In this document: positions 49,801-60,990 of the stretch, piece by piece | Position numbering within the stretch: the stretch's first letter is position 1 | How the letters are laid out: each line of letters starts with the position of its first letter | NCBI GenBank assembly: GCA_033119305.1 | Contig: VSWD01000002.1 | Span: 9,402,974 to 9,466,973, forward strand | Origin: Pinctada imbricata | Taxonomy: Eukaryota | DNA length: 64,000 bases | Direction: 5' to 3' | Made by a program: the position numbers and the translations under genes | The notes under the pieces: model-generated | The model's input: only the letters and a program-made list of their open reading frames with translations | The model's database searches: none | Told to the model about the DNA's origin: nothing

Positions 49801-51431
49801 AAGAAATAATTTATAATTATGCTATAATTCATAATTTCTACAAAGAATTATTTACTTAATTTTGATACAGAATTCATGATTAAATGCCTCTGGCAAATAA
49901 GGAAGAAAACAAAAGTATAGATACATAACAACTTGATTTATATCATCATCACCATGATCAATATAGAAAAACGCGATATGATATATTATGTAACCCTAAA
50001 AGGTTTTCTTGTAGTTTCATTAGACGCGACCAATAGTGATGCGATATGAACAATGAAAGGTTTAAAAGTCATTTATTCCACAAACTGACCGAATGGGCAT
50101 TTGTAAAATGATGTGCCTTCGTCTCATTGGTGCACATTTCCTCTGATGTTGATTTCCTATAAATAATCGATCATATGGGAGGTATATTCATTCAGATTAT
50201 GTTCAATCCAACCTCACTGAGTTTGTACTTTTACCTATTCTCTGGACGGTGTGATATATTCATGTATATTGAGGTATGTATTTTTATGAAAGTTTTAAAA
50301 ATGTCTCATTTTTTTTCTAAAACAAATTGTCGCAATATTTCTATCCTACTTTTTAGAATGTTATACTCCTTTTTTGCGATTCGAGATTTTTGTTTGTTAA
50401 CTAACCTTATTTGCATTTTTATAATTTACAATTTACATTACATTATTTTACATTTTTACAATTAACAATATACATTATTTCACATTTTTACATTTTACTT
50501 ATAATTATTTTACATTTTTACAATTTACAATTCACATTATTTAATATTTCTACAATTTACTCGTAAATTAGCCTTGCCTTCTCGACTTTGAGACTGAATA
50601 ACTATTGGGTACTTTCATGTTTATCTGGACTAGAAAAATTTCTAAATGTGAAAAAGGCTAACATTAAAGTCTCTGTATTGATCGTCAGAAAGACACCTCG
50701 ACAATAATATTCTGTCATATGCTCCATTTCGTCCACTTATCAATGACAAATATGGAAAATGACCATATTTCATTGTCGACAGGGTAGAGACTTAACATGG
50801 CTAAAGGGAATTACTATAAAAAATGAGAACCTTTTGAAGTGTAATAAGGTAAAAAGACAATCCTTATGCCTGGAATATATGAAAACGGATGAGATTCCAA
50901 TGAGAGCGGTATTTCTGTAAATTGTTTCAGTATAATCAGAGGAGATTCTCTTTTTTCTATTCTACTAGATTTTAGACGACTCATCTTTAACATGCATAAA
51001 ATACCGAAATTACAGATTCTATCAAAGGCCCAGCTGCACAATAATCTTGATCGTCCGGTCGTACTTACGGCACGATTTGAGCATCAGAAATGGAATTACA
51101 AACAGCTAAAAATCCAAGAGCCTTTTTCTCATTATACAAAATACGCATAGACTCGGTACAATTTTTCAAGAGTCACATACTTTGCACCTAGAACATTCAC
51201 ATAAAAGGACCATCTATGATAAATATCGTTCTTACACTGGATTCTATTGAGGTTGTTTCTTAGATAGTGGTTATTGTCTCCGTCATCCCGTGTCGTCTAC
51301 TTACAAAATGTTCTCAAATTTCTAAAAACTGGGTCCTGCAGCATCATATCCCAGTCATCTTGCTACGTATTTCGGTATATATTGGACATATATTTCACAG
51401 ATTTTAGCCATATTTCATTGTTTTGGATTGA

Positions 51432-51477
51432 GGATCACTGACGAGGGTTTAGTACCCGAAACGTGCATGTCTGGTCC
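51432..51477 (+). ncRNA. Type I hammerhead ribozyme motif (GGAUCA CUGACGA GGGU-uuagu-ACCC GAAA C-gugcau-G UC | UGGUCC), unit 1 of a tandem dimer
   Basis: Core and helices read by hand; it differs from the 51577 copy only in the helix II loop. Confidence 0.6.
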
Positions 51478-51576
51478 ATGCTGTTATTGTAATCTATCTG
51501 CTTTTTAATGATGCTAATGGATTAGAAGACGTTTAACATTTCGCACTCTTTGGTCATATGATATTGTTTAGATTGA

Positions 51577-51622
51577 GGATCACTGACGAGGGTTAAGTAC
51601 CCGAAACGTGCATGTCTGGTCC
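51577..51622 (+). ncRNA. Type I hammerhead ribozyme motif, unit 2 (helix II GGGU-uaagu-ACCC); 145 bp downstream of unit 1 in the same orientation
   Basis: Core CUGACGA...GAAA...GUC and helix I 6 bp (GGAUCA/UGGUCC). Confidence 0.6.
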
Positions 51623-52725
51623 ATGCTGCCAATTTATTTTTTCTTAAATGATGCTATTGAATTTGAAGACGTAAAACATTCACATATATATATGCACCAA
51701 TGATATATTTCGTTCTTAAACTGAGCTGAGGTTGTTTACTAGATAGTGTTTTCCTTCTCGTATTTCTGTTATGTTGTCATTGTCTTCGCCACCTCGTCTC
51801 GTCTGAATTTGTTCCGCTTTTTTCTCTGTTGGAAATGTCCTCCCCATATTTAGTTTTGATTTATGAATTCAAGATTTTGTATGGCATGCCTATTGGATTA
51901 AGTATTCCACTTTCATTTATTAATTTGACCCGTACATAACCCAAATTCCCCCTACGTTGGTCTCTTCGTTATGCTTAGGTGTCATCCTGTGTAATGTGGT
52001 TGTGTTCCATTGGTGAATAATTTATGTTCGAATGAGAATTGATTCCGTTTAGAACATAATTAGTTGACAGAATATAATGATGAAAACTTACATTATATAG
52101 GCAGTTTTAAGGCGTCAAAATATATCATGTCGCAAATTTGAGCTAATAGCCAATGAAATAACACATCATATATATGACGGATATTGAAAAGACATCCAGC
52201 AACATAGATTGAACTGTTCACATCGGAAAATACCTGCAGAAAAGCGAAAGAAAGGACTGGATCTATAACAAGACTCGGTTACAGTACCTACAGCAACACA
52301 CCAAAAACAACCCATGTATAAACACAACTAGAGTTAAAATGCACAGCAGTGAGATAAATAAGATCATGACGACAATCTCAACAGCACTTACAATAGAGCA
52401 CGAAATTGAGCATCGACGGACCCCCAGCAAGCTAGAGGTGGGACCAGGTGCCCGGGAGGAATAAGCAAGATACGCGAAAGGGACAAGGAACACCAACGCA
52501 CGCCATAGAAATATGAAACACAAATACGGCATAAAAAGAAGCATATCACAAAGGACAACAAGACTTCACATGAACCAACGGGACGAATGTTCAACCGTTG
52601 CCGACTAAGGACGGCCATCTGTATATAAACAATTATCGAATAAGGCATATCTTTAACATACGTGTAAAAAGTAAATTAGAGTCATGGTTTCTTTTCAGAT
52701 GACTTGATGAACTATATCCCACAAA

Positions 52726-52947
52726 ATGCAGAAACACCCAGTCCCAGACCTTATCCTCCTCTTTCTACTTGTGAGCTCGTCCAGCGGGAAGGATCCATTA
52801 TACATAGGGGGATTTTTCCCGATGCAGGATGGAGCGTGGGATGGTTCCGGTATATTACCGGCAGCACAGATGGCCATAGAAGATGTTAATGCATACCCTC
52901 ATATACTACCTGACCATGAACTCCATCTAGTCTGGAATAATAGCATG
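52726..52947 (+). CDS. GABBR1: GABA-B receptor subunit 1-like gene, first coding exon (signal peptide MQKHPVPDLILLFLLVSSSSG, then KDPLYIGGFFPMQDGAWDGSGILPAAQMAIEDVNAYPHILPDHELHLVWNNSM)
   Basis: From memory, this aligns with GABBR1 '..[50 protein letters not shown]'; donor ATG|GTAGGA at 52948. Confidence 0.7.
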
Positions 52948-53490
52948 GTAGGAAAATCAAATCAGACATTATTGTGCCTAAAAAAAGGGACATTATTGCT
53001 TAGTTTCTGTTCTTCATAGAATTGACGTCACAAATTCCTAAAAAAAAGGGAATATGACGTCATGACTAGTTATTACAGGAAACTTTTAAATAGATAAATG
53101 TAGCATACGTTATTTAAATTTTGCAACGCACGAAGAATGCATTAATTAATCTAAGGAAAATTGTAACATAAAGACGTTGCAAAAAGGTACCTTTTATTTG
53201 AAAGTTTATTTTCATTAGAGGTATTTGTTTCGATAGTGATGAAATATAGATTGAAATTTAAACAGGCAAATGACAAAAAAAAAAACTACCAAATGAACAG
53301 AAATGAAAGGATTCCAATACGACACCATTTGATAGCTTTTTCAAAAAGTTTTACATAACGAAATATTTTTTATACCTCTGATACGTTATGCACACGATAC
53401 GATACGATACGTATCACGATATTTGCTTTCGGTACAATTCGTATAAAAATTTATCGGTTTTTTTTTACCTCTGAATCATTAAATTTGCAG

Positions 53491-53628
53491 TGTAATGTCG
53501 GAGAGTCAATGAAGTCCCTATTTTACCAGTTGGACTCGGTACCACAGATCCACATGATCCTGGGGGCCGGATGTAGTTCTGTGACCAAGGTCATCGCAGA
53601 AACTGTGAAGCATTGGAATCTGGTACAG
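53491..53628 (+). CDS. GABBR1: GABA-B-R1-like exon 2 (CNVGESMKSLFYQLDSVPQIHMILGAGCSSVTKVIAETVKHWNLVQ)
   Basis: Acceptor TTTGCAG|TGT; donor CAG|GTAAGA; 138 bp, phase 0 to phase 0; matches GABBR1 '[45 protein letters not shown]'. Confidence 0.75.
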
Positions 53629-54053
53629 GTAAGAATATACTGCTTGTTTGAATAAGTATGTTTTTAAAGTTGAAAATCAATGACTGCTATTCTGTTTTAT
53701 TCAGTAACTGTAGGTTCATGCGCATTTTATATTGTCATGAATATTCAGGCATTAATTGAAAGGGCATATCATACAAACTTTCTTAGGACAATAAAATCAT
53801 TTTGTTTCACATATTAAAATATGGTCGATGCTGATATTTCTTTCAAATTATTCTTGTTTATTTATTTAATTTTTTTTCAAAATCGATTACAAATTCCTTT
53901 AATTCAGAAAGAATCTGAACTGTGGCTTTATTTACCGGGTACTAGTTCAAGTGAAATGATTGTGAAACATTTAGTAAAAACCCTAGTTATAATGTATTGT
54001 GCATAGATGTTTGAGTATTTTAGATAAGTAACCTGACGTAAACATTTTGCCAG

Positions 54054-54224
54054 GTATCGCATTCCTCGAGTTCACCGGATCTTGATGACAGGAGTAAATA
54101 TCCATACCTATACCGGACGTACCCATCCGAATCTGTCACAAATCCACCAAAAATAGCTCTGATGAGACGATTTGGATGGAGTCGGGTCGCTCTTCTTCAG
54201 ACAAATGACGGTTCCTTTGACGCG
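54054..54224 (+). CDS. GABBR1: GABA-B-R1-like exon 3 (VSHSSSSPDLDDRSKYPYLYRTYPSESVTNPPKIALMRRFGWSRVALLQTNDGSFDA)
   Basis: Acceptor TTTGCCAG|GTA; donor GCG|GTAAAT; 171 bp; matches '[55 protein letters not shown]'. Confidence 0.75.
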
Positions 54225-54916
54225 GTAAATAAATTATAAATTGTGTTGTTTAACATATGATTTGATTTTTAAAATAATTAAATGATATCTGGAATCCCCT
54301 CCTTATCGTGCTACATTGTTTCAATAATTTCCAAGCATTACCAATTCCCTCGAAATGTTCTATAGAAGGAAATTGTCCATCGTTAAGCTAACACGCGCGT
54401 ATATTCCTATAAAGCGGTACACTATTTAACAAGCTGAGCCACCTAGCTGTAATAAGTGGATTCAAACTTTACCATGATTCCTTGAGGGGTTATTAGACCT
54501 GTTTTTACATCTATTTTCACAAAAAGACGAAGTTGCTCCTCTACTTTCGTTTTCAATTTCATCCGCATCGAATGATTTTAAAATTCGATCTCGAAATTAA
54601 AGAGGGCGATTTTTTTATAAAATAAATTTGATCAGAGAAAAACGGAAGCGGAAAATCCGACGAACGAAATATCAGTTTGGTGTGGCCTAACGGGAAAAAT
54701 TCCATGATATGTTCTTGAATGATGTTATTGAATTTGAAGACGTTTAACATTATCGAAACAAAGGGCAACACTATATGTATGAATAATCAACACAGAAATA
54801 ATTATCTATATGTATATTGAAGAGGATTACAGAGAAAAATTCAAATAGGATGTTAAGATCGACATCATGTTTGTCTAAAGTAAACGGGAAACGATATGGA
54901 AGCTATTGACTTGTAG

Positions 54917-55092
54917 AGGAATTAGGGGTTACCATGCGTGTGTTTTACAAAAACTGACAGGGTATCGGCGAATCCCCTGTCAGAAATTGAGTTTTACCGC
55001 GAGGCGTCAGCCGAGTGGTAAAACGGATATTTCTGATAGGGGATTCGCCGATACCCTGTCAGTTTTTGTAAAACATACGCATGGTAACCCTA
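54917..55092. mobile_element. Foldback MITE (about 175 bp; perfect 62-bp arms GGGTTACCATGCGTGTGTTTTACAAAAACTGACAGGGTATCGGCGAATCCCCTGTCAGAAAT) in GABBR intron 3
   Basis: Arms are exact reverse complements; the spacer is itself palindromic (GTTTTACC..GGTAAAAC). Confidence 0.6.
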
Positions 55093-55747
55093 TTCTAATG
55101 CTTTGGTCAGTAAGAAGCTAGAAAACGTCTGCTTTTAACGACGTCGTCATAGCAACGCATGACGTCATAGCAGAAACTGCAGTGAACCATGAATCCCCTT
55201 GCAGTTTTTTAATCGCTCAATCAATCAGAATGCGCGTTACAAACGGAGTGCATTAGAATATATTTTACAGATGTTGTGTCATAGTATGAATCTGCTTCAT
55301 TGGAAAAATACAAATTGCATTGAGACAACGAGTCATGGGAAAACATTAATAAAAATTTACCAACATATAATATGAACTGTTTCACTTTGAGAAAAAAAAA
55401 TAAATAAGGACCAGAGTAAACCTGGCTCAAACTTTGGACGGTCAATAACTACATCCATAGCAACTTGTGTGGTTATCAAAATTCAATGAGCACAACCCTC
55501 CAAATCATACAACTACATAGTGGTTCCCTTAGGCGCACATAAATACAGACAAAACTACCGGGACTGTAGCTAACATTTTAAATTTTGTATGTGGATGAAC
55601 GCATTTGGCATATCTGAAACAGTCCTTGCTCTGTTGGCTGGCTTGAGATTTGGACAGTTTGACCGTTGTTCATTTCTGCATACTTTATAATTTTTCGTAC
55701 ATTCCTATTATGAGTATTAATATATTAATGACTTTATTTCTTTGCAG

Positions 55748-55849
55748 ATCATGTCAAATCTTTATAATCAGCTTTTAGATGAAGGAATGGAAATAATTGC
55801 CTCAGAAAAATTTGGAAGCGACCCCAGAGCAGCTCTGATGAGTATAAAT
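55748..55849 (+). CDS. GABBR1: GABA-B-R1-like exon 4 (IMSNLYNQLLDEGMEIIASEKFGSDPRAALMSIN)
   Basis: Acceptor TTCTTTGCAG|ATC; donor AAT|GTAATT; 102 bp; matches '[36 protein letters not shown]'. Confidence 0.7.
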
Positions 55850-55932
55850 GTAATTACTTCTTTGACTGTACTGTCTGCTTCTTTAATCTTTATTTTTTTT
55901 AACTCACCTGAGCGAGGCTCAAGTGAGCTATT

Positions 55933-56519
55933 AGAGAGGTTGAGCAAACCCAACTTGTACGTGTACGAGAACTTGTACGTGTATTTACACGGTATCTGTT
56001 TACACGTTGACGTTATGCGGTTGAGCAGATGTCACAACGCGTACTGGTACGTGTAAATCGTATATACGTTTTTGTGATGTAATTTATCTTTTGTTTACGA
56101 CTGCGTATTCGTCAAGACATGGCATCTAGATTCTATAGGTAAGGGGCATTCAGCAAAGACGGTGAATTAAAATTTCTAATCTAAGTAATCGGATATATAT
56201 AACATCAAAATTAGACTTCAAGAATAAAATTTTGGGTCACTTTGAGGGTTCTTCTTTAAAATATGATACATTTTATTTGCAATTCCTTCTAATATACAAA
56301 AAGGACATACGTTCCGGAATAAATTGAATATAGGTTTTCATAGGTTATCTGCATTCAGTTGCTTATAAAATCTACAAGTAACCATAAACGTGTACTTACC
56401 GCTTTACACATTTTACCGAACGTGTAACGTGTAGCACAGGTTCTTGGAACGCATAATGTGATGACGCCATTAATAACTTTTTGACGTACACGTACAAGTA
56501 CGATTTGCTCAACCTCTCT
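55933..56519. mobile_element. Nested MITE of 587 bp with TIRs of about 36 bp (AGAGAGGTTGAGCAAA..CTTGTACGTGTACG) flanked by a 3-bp ATT target-site duplication
   Basis: Insertion splits GAGCTATTGTCATAG (intact at 8698-8712) into GAGCTATT[MITE]ATTGTCATAG; a 3-bp TSD suggests the PIF/Harbinger superfamily. Confidence 0.6.
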
Positions 56520-57214
56520 ATTGTCATAGCGCGCCGTCCGTCGTCCGTCGTTGTCGTCCGTCCGGCGTAAACTTTTAACATTTTCGACATCTCCTCTGCA
56601 ATTGCTGCATGGAATATCACCGAACCTTACAGGAAGGAAGTACTCAAGGTCCTCTACCAAGTTTGGGTTTTTCATGCCGAACGGTCAACAAATATGGCCA
56701 CCTAGGGCTCTGATTGGCTGACACATTTTCGACATCTCCTCTGCAACCGCTGCACAGAATTTCATGAAACTTTACAGGAAATAAGTAGTCAAGGTCCTCT
56801 ACCAAATTTGTTTTTTTTTTGTGCCGATCGGTCAACAAATATGGCCGCCGGGGGCTCTGATTGGCTGACACATTTTCGACATCTCCTCTGCAACCGCTGC
56901 ACAGAATTTCATGAAACTTTACAGGAAGGAAGTACTCAAGGTCCTCTACCAAGTTTGTGTTTTTTTTTCTTTGTGCCGATTGGTCAACAAATATGGCCGC
57001 CGAGGGCTCTGATTGGCTGACACATTTTCGACATCTCCTCTGCAACCGCTGCACAGAATTTCATGAAACTTTACAGGAAGGAAGTACTCAAGGTCCTCTA
57101 CCAAGTTTGTGTTTTTTTTTTTTTGTGCCGATTGGTCAACAAATATGGCCGCCGAGGGCTCTGATTGGCTGACACATTTTCGACATCTCCTCTGCAACCG
57201 CTGCACAGAATTTC

Positions 57215-57654
57215 ATGAAACTTTACAAACCGGCAGAGCACGGACTGTATTACGCATGCCCTCTTTTTATATCCATTTACATATTCATCTGTGTCTCTGG
57301 GGCCTCTGCGTTTCGCGGTCTTGTTTGTGTGATGTCATCTTACAGTGAGGAGGTTGTTTTACACCACATTTGTACGTTCTTCGAGACCTCTGGGTAATTG
57401 GAGAAGTGAGAGGGTTGTGCGCACGTAATCCAGGATAACCACACCATTTGCTACTTGCGTGACAGATGGCCGTCCAAAGTCGGCACCGGTTACCCATTGG
57501 TCTCGTCGGTTTATGTGTAGTCTTTTGTGTTTGATGTTTACATGTCGTGTGTCTCTTTTCCGTCTCGTGCTGTACTCGTCTTTTGTGTTTTTGCATCGGG
57601 TGTTTTGGTGTTTTACTGTTGATGCTGCAACGGGGTCTTGTTGGAGATCTCCTC
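57215..57654 (-). mobile_element. SINE-like F1 element inserted into a 150-bp repeat unit, with about 6 bp TTTACA duplicated at both junctions
   Basis: Unit sequence ..GAAACTTTACAGGAAGG.. is split into ..AACTTTACAAaccggcagag[element]cttctTTTTACAAGAAGGAAG.. Confidence 0.5.
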
Positions 57655-60209
57655 CCTTCTTTTTACAAGAAGGAAGTACTCAAGGTCTTCTACCAAGTTT
57701 GGGTTTTTCGTGCCGATCGTTCAACAAATATGGCCGCCGAGGGCTCTGATTGGCTGATACATTTTCGACATCTCCTCTGCAACCGCTGCACAGAATGTCA
57801 TGAAACTTTACAGGAAGGAAGTACTCAAGGTCCTCTACCAAGTTTGTGTTTTTCGTGCCGATCGTTCAACAAATATGGCCGCCGAGGGCTCTGATTGGCT
57901 GATACATTTTCGACATCTCCTCTGCAACCGCTGCACAGAATTTCATGAAACTTTACAGGAAGGAAGTACTCAAAGTCCTCTACCAAGTTTGTGTTTTTTG
58001 TGCCGATCGGTCAACAAATATGGCTGCCGAGGGCTCTGATTGGCTGATACATTTTCGACATCTCCTCTGCAACCGCTGCACAGAATTTCATGAAACTTTA
58101 CAGGAAGGAAGTATTCAAGGTCCTCCAACAAGTTTGAGTTTTTCGTGCCGATCGGTCAACAAATATGGCCGCCGAGTGCTCTTATTTGCTTCTCTGCAAA
58201 AAAACCACTGCACAGATTTTCATGAAACTTTACAGGAAGAAAGTACTCAAGGTCTTCCACCAAGATTGTGTATTTTGTGCTGATCGGTCAACAAATATGG
58301 CCGCCGAGGACTCTGATTGGATGACACATTTTCGAAATCTCTTCTGCAACCATTGCACAGAATTTCACGAAACCTTGCAGCAAGCAAGTACATAAGGTCC
58401 TCTGCCAAGTTTGTGTTTTTCTTGTCGATAGGTCAACAAATATGGCTGTCAAGGGCTTTGATCTGTAGAAGTATTATTTGTGACTTTTAACCCTTTGTCT
58501 GCAACTCAGGTGAGCGATGTGGCCCCCTTGGGCGCCTCTTGTTATAAGAAGTTAATTTGTGAGAATTCTTTATTCCACAATTGAATTTTATTCTGCTTTA
58601 ATACTGCAGGAAGCGAAGGAAAAACTACAATGACATCACAGTATTCTAATCTTCCTCAATGTAATGGAACATAAAAATGAAGAAGAAAAAATGAAAAAAA
58701 TGAAAAAGAAATGGAAAAGGAAAAAAAAAAAAGGAAAAAAGAAAAAGAAAAGAAAAGAGGAACATATCTCAAATATGAACTGATAAACATAACTCTTTAT
58801 TAGAGAAAACGAATTCAAATTCATTTTAAATAGAACGTTGTCCGGTCTCTCTTGAACAGTTCCAGAAAACGGCATGCATGTCTGTAATCGATCTTTATAT
58901 TTAGCCTTGAATTGATGGATATCATTTTCAGAGATTAGGGCTACAAAGAAGGGCTTAGATTCTTTAATGTATTATATCATGCGATGATCAGCAACATCTA
59001 ACGACAAAGAAAAAGGCGGACATTAAAGGGGGATATCAAAAATATTTTCAGTATTTCTTCCGTAATATTTTCAATCAAAATGACACCATTACGACAGATC
59101 ACAATGTGATTCTATTGATTATCAACGTAATATGCATGGCAATTAACATGATTAACTCAAATTTGAAATTAGTCAATCGGGATTACCGCCTATTACATAT
59201 TTCATCCATTACTTCGTTCATTTTTATAGAAACTTGAAAAAGAGAATGTTAATTCCTCGTGAATAAAATGCAAAATTACATCGCGTTTTCTTTCATTCAA
59301 GGTTTTTGTTCACAGGCTCAAGTCGCAAAATGTGATTCTTTCACTTGAAACAGTATCTATTTTCAAGCCTAATGACATCTTTAACTTTGGCGTATCAAAA
59401 TATTCTTAAGACTCGTCTCATTGTTTGAGATACGGGATTAATGTCTATTCAATACATTCCTTTCTTTTTATTCTGGGTTTAGTCCGTCAAGGTTCAAGTC
59501 AGGTAATATACTTACATAATAATGCTTCATAATAAGAAATTCTAAGGAAACAAGGTCAAGGAGTAAATAAATAGAAGTTAAACAAAAATATTTTTCAAGA
59601 TTAGTCTGAAATATTTATGTCCTACACAAAGGGATGGTACACAGGGACTTATCGCGCTTCTCAGTTGCTTAATGTACTCTTGGTTATTAGCCCATAATTC
59701 AAAAAGCAACCGGGAAGCGCGATAAGCCCCCGTGGGATGGAAATATCTCCATCCGACTTGACCGCTATGAGAGAAGCATCGCAATAATTTCCATAGATAT
59801 GGTGACAACCTCATTAACACAGAGATAATGACAAAACCCAGACAACTGGCATGTGAAACTCGAGATACCGTCACTGAAATCAAATACTAGGAAGTTATAA
59901 ATTTTTGCTGAGCAAAGAGATTTCTGTTTTATTAAGGATACGTAGATGATCAAACAGTCGTTTTATGCAACTTATTTACATCAAAGATGATCAAGGAAGA
60001 ATTTTTTTCCATTATGACAAGCTGAGTAAAATAGCTTGAGAGGCAAAAAGATGTATCGTCATGGAAAATCTACAGAATCATAAATAAACAGAGATTTCTT
60101 TGTTACTGAATTCGATCTAGATTATTTTGACCCCACCCCCACCCTCCGATGAAAAGGAAGTTCTAAATTTTATGTTTTCTTCCAGTTTGTGTTAATTTTG
60201 CTTATTAGT

Positions 60210-60780
60210 CCCCTATCGGCTCGCCGGAGGGGACTTATAGTTTCCACCCCGTATGTCTGTCTGTCCGTCACACTTTAGTTTTGCAGACTTTTTTCGCTGT
60301 CGTTGCATATATTCATAACTCATTTTGGAATATCTCAGTGTGATACAGATCAAGTATGAGTTTTGTCCCGATTGACCTATGCTTACAAGAGGTATGGCCC
60401 TTGGACTTAACAAATGTTATGAAATTCTCAGTTTTCCGGACTTTTCTTCCATGGCATTGCAGATATTGAAATGATATTTTATATGTGAATACATCTTAGT
60501 GTTATACAGATCAAATTCGAGTTTGGTTTTAATTGACCCATTATTACAGGAGTTATACCCTTGCACTTAACAAATTGTTTGAAATTCTGAGTTTTCCGAT
60601 CTTTTTTCTCCATGTTATTGCAGATACTGAAAAAATTATACGTGAATACATCTCAGATTAAGTTCGATTTTTTTTTTCGATTGACCACATTTGACAGGAA
60701 TTATTGTCCCTGGACTTAGCAAATTTCATGAAATTTACAGTTTCCGGACTTTTCTTGGCTGTTGTAGATTACAAATATGG
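60210..60780 (-). mobile_element. Pearl-like element: hairpin AGTCCCCTATCGGCTCGCCGGAGGGGACT, (GTCT/GTCC)n tract, then about 3 tandem 150-190-bp units; related units also at 61200-61470
   Basis: Direct reading; the leader matches the 22852 and 2190 leaders. Confidence 0.45.
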
Positions 60781-60814
60781 ATAATGACCATATCCCCATA
60801 TACAGCACATAATC

Positions 60815-60990
60815 GATGATTCAGAAAATCACAAACCGAAGGCATACAAAATCAGGATAAAATAGGAACAAGAGCAAACAAACAAAACACCTCCACACAT
60901 GAAAAGAAGCGAACTCCCGAAATGGAAGTGAGACCAGGTGCCCAGGAAGAGTCAGCATCTCCTGCTTGCATGCAACACCCGTCGCTTCAA
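60815..60990 (+). mobile_element. SINE-like repeat (same subfamily as 39550-39735)
   Basis: About 90% identity by eye over 170 bp. Confidence 0.55.

Larger units (their letters stand above)
55903..58545 (+). mobile_element. H150 Helentron/pearl-like element (about 14 units of the 150-bp repeat) in GABBR intron 4, interrupted by two nested insertions
   Basis: Same terminal hairpin (TTAACTCACCTGAGCGAGGCTCAAGTGAGCTATT), (GTCC)n tract, repeat unit and 3' hairpin (GGCCCCCTTGGGCGCC) as 8673-9610. Confidence 0.6.

Noticed and set aside
56600-58450. Possible CRISPR-like array with a period of about 150 bp
   Set aside because: The whole 150-bp unit is repeated with no alternating repeat/spacer structure and there are no cas genes; it is a satellite array within a mobile element.
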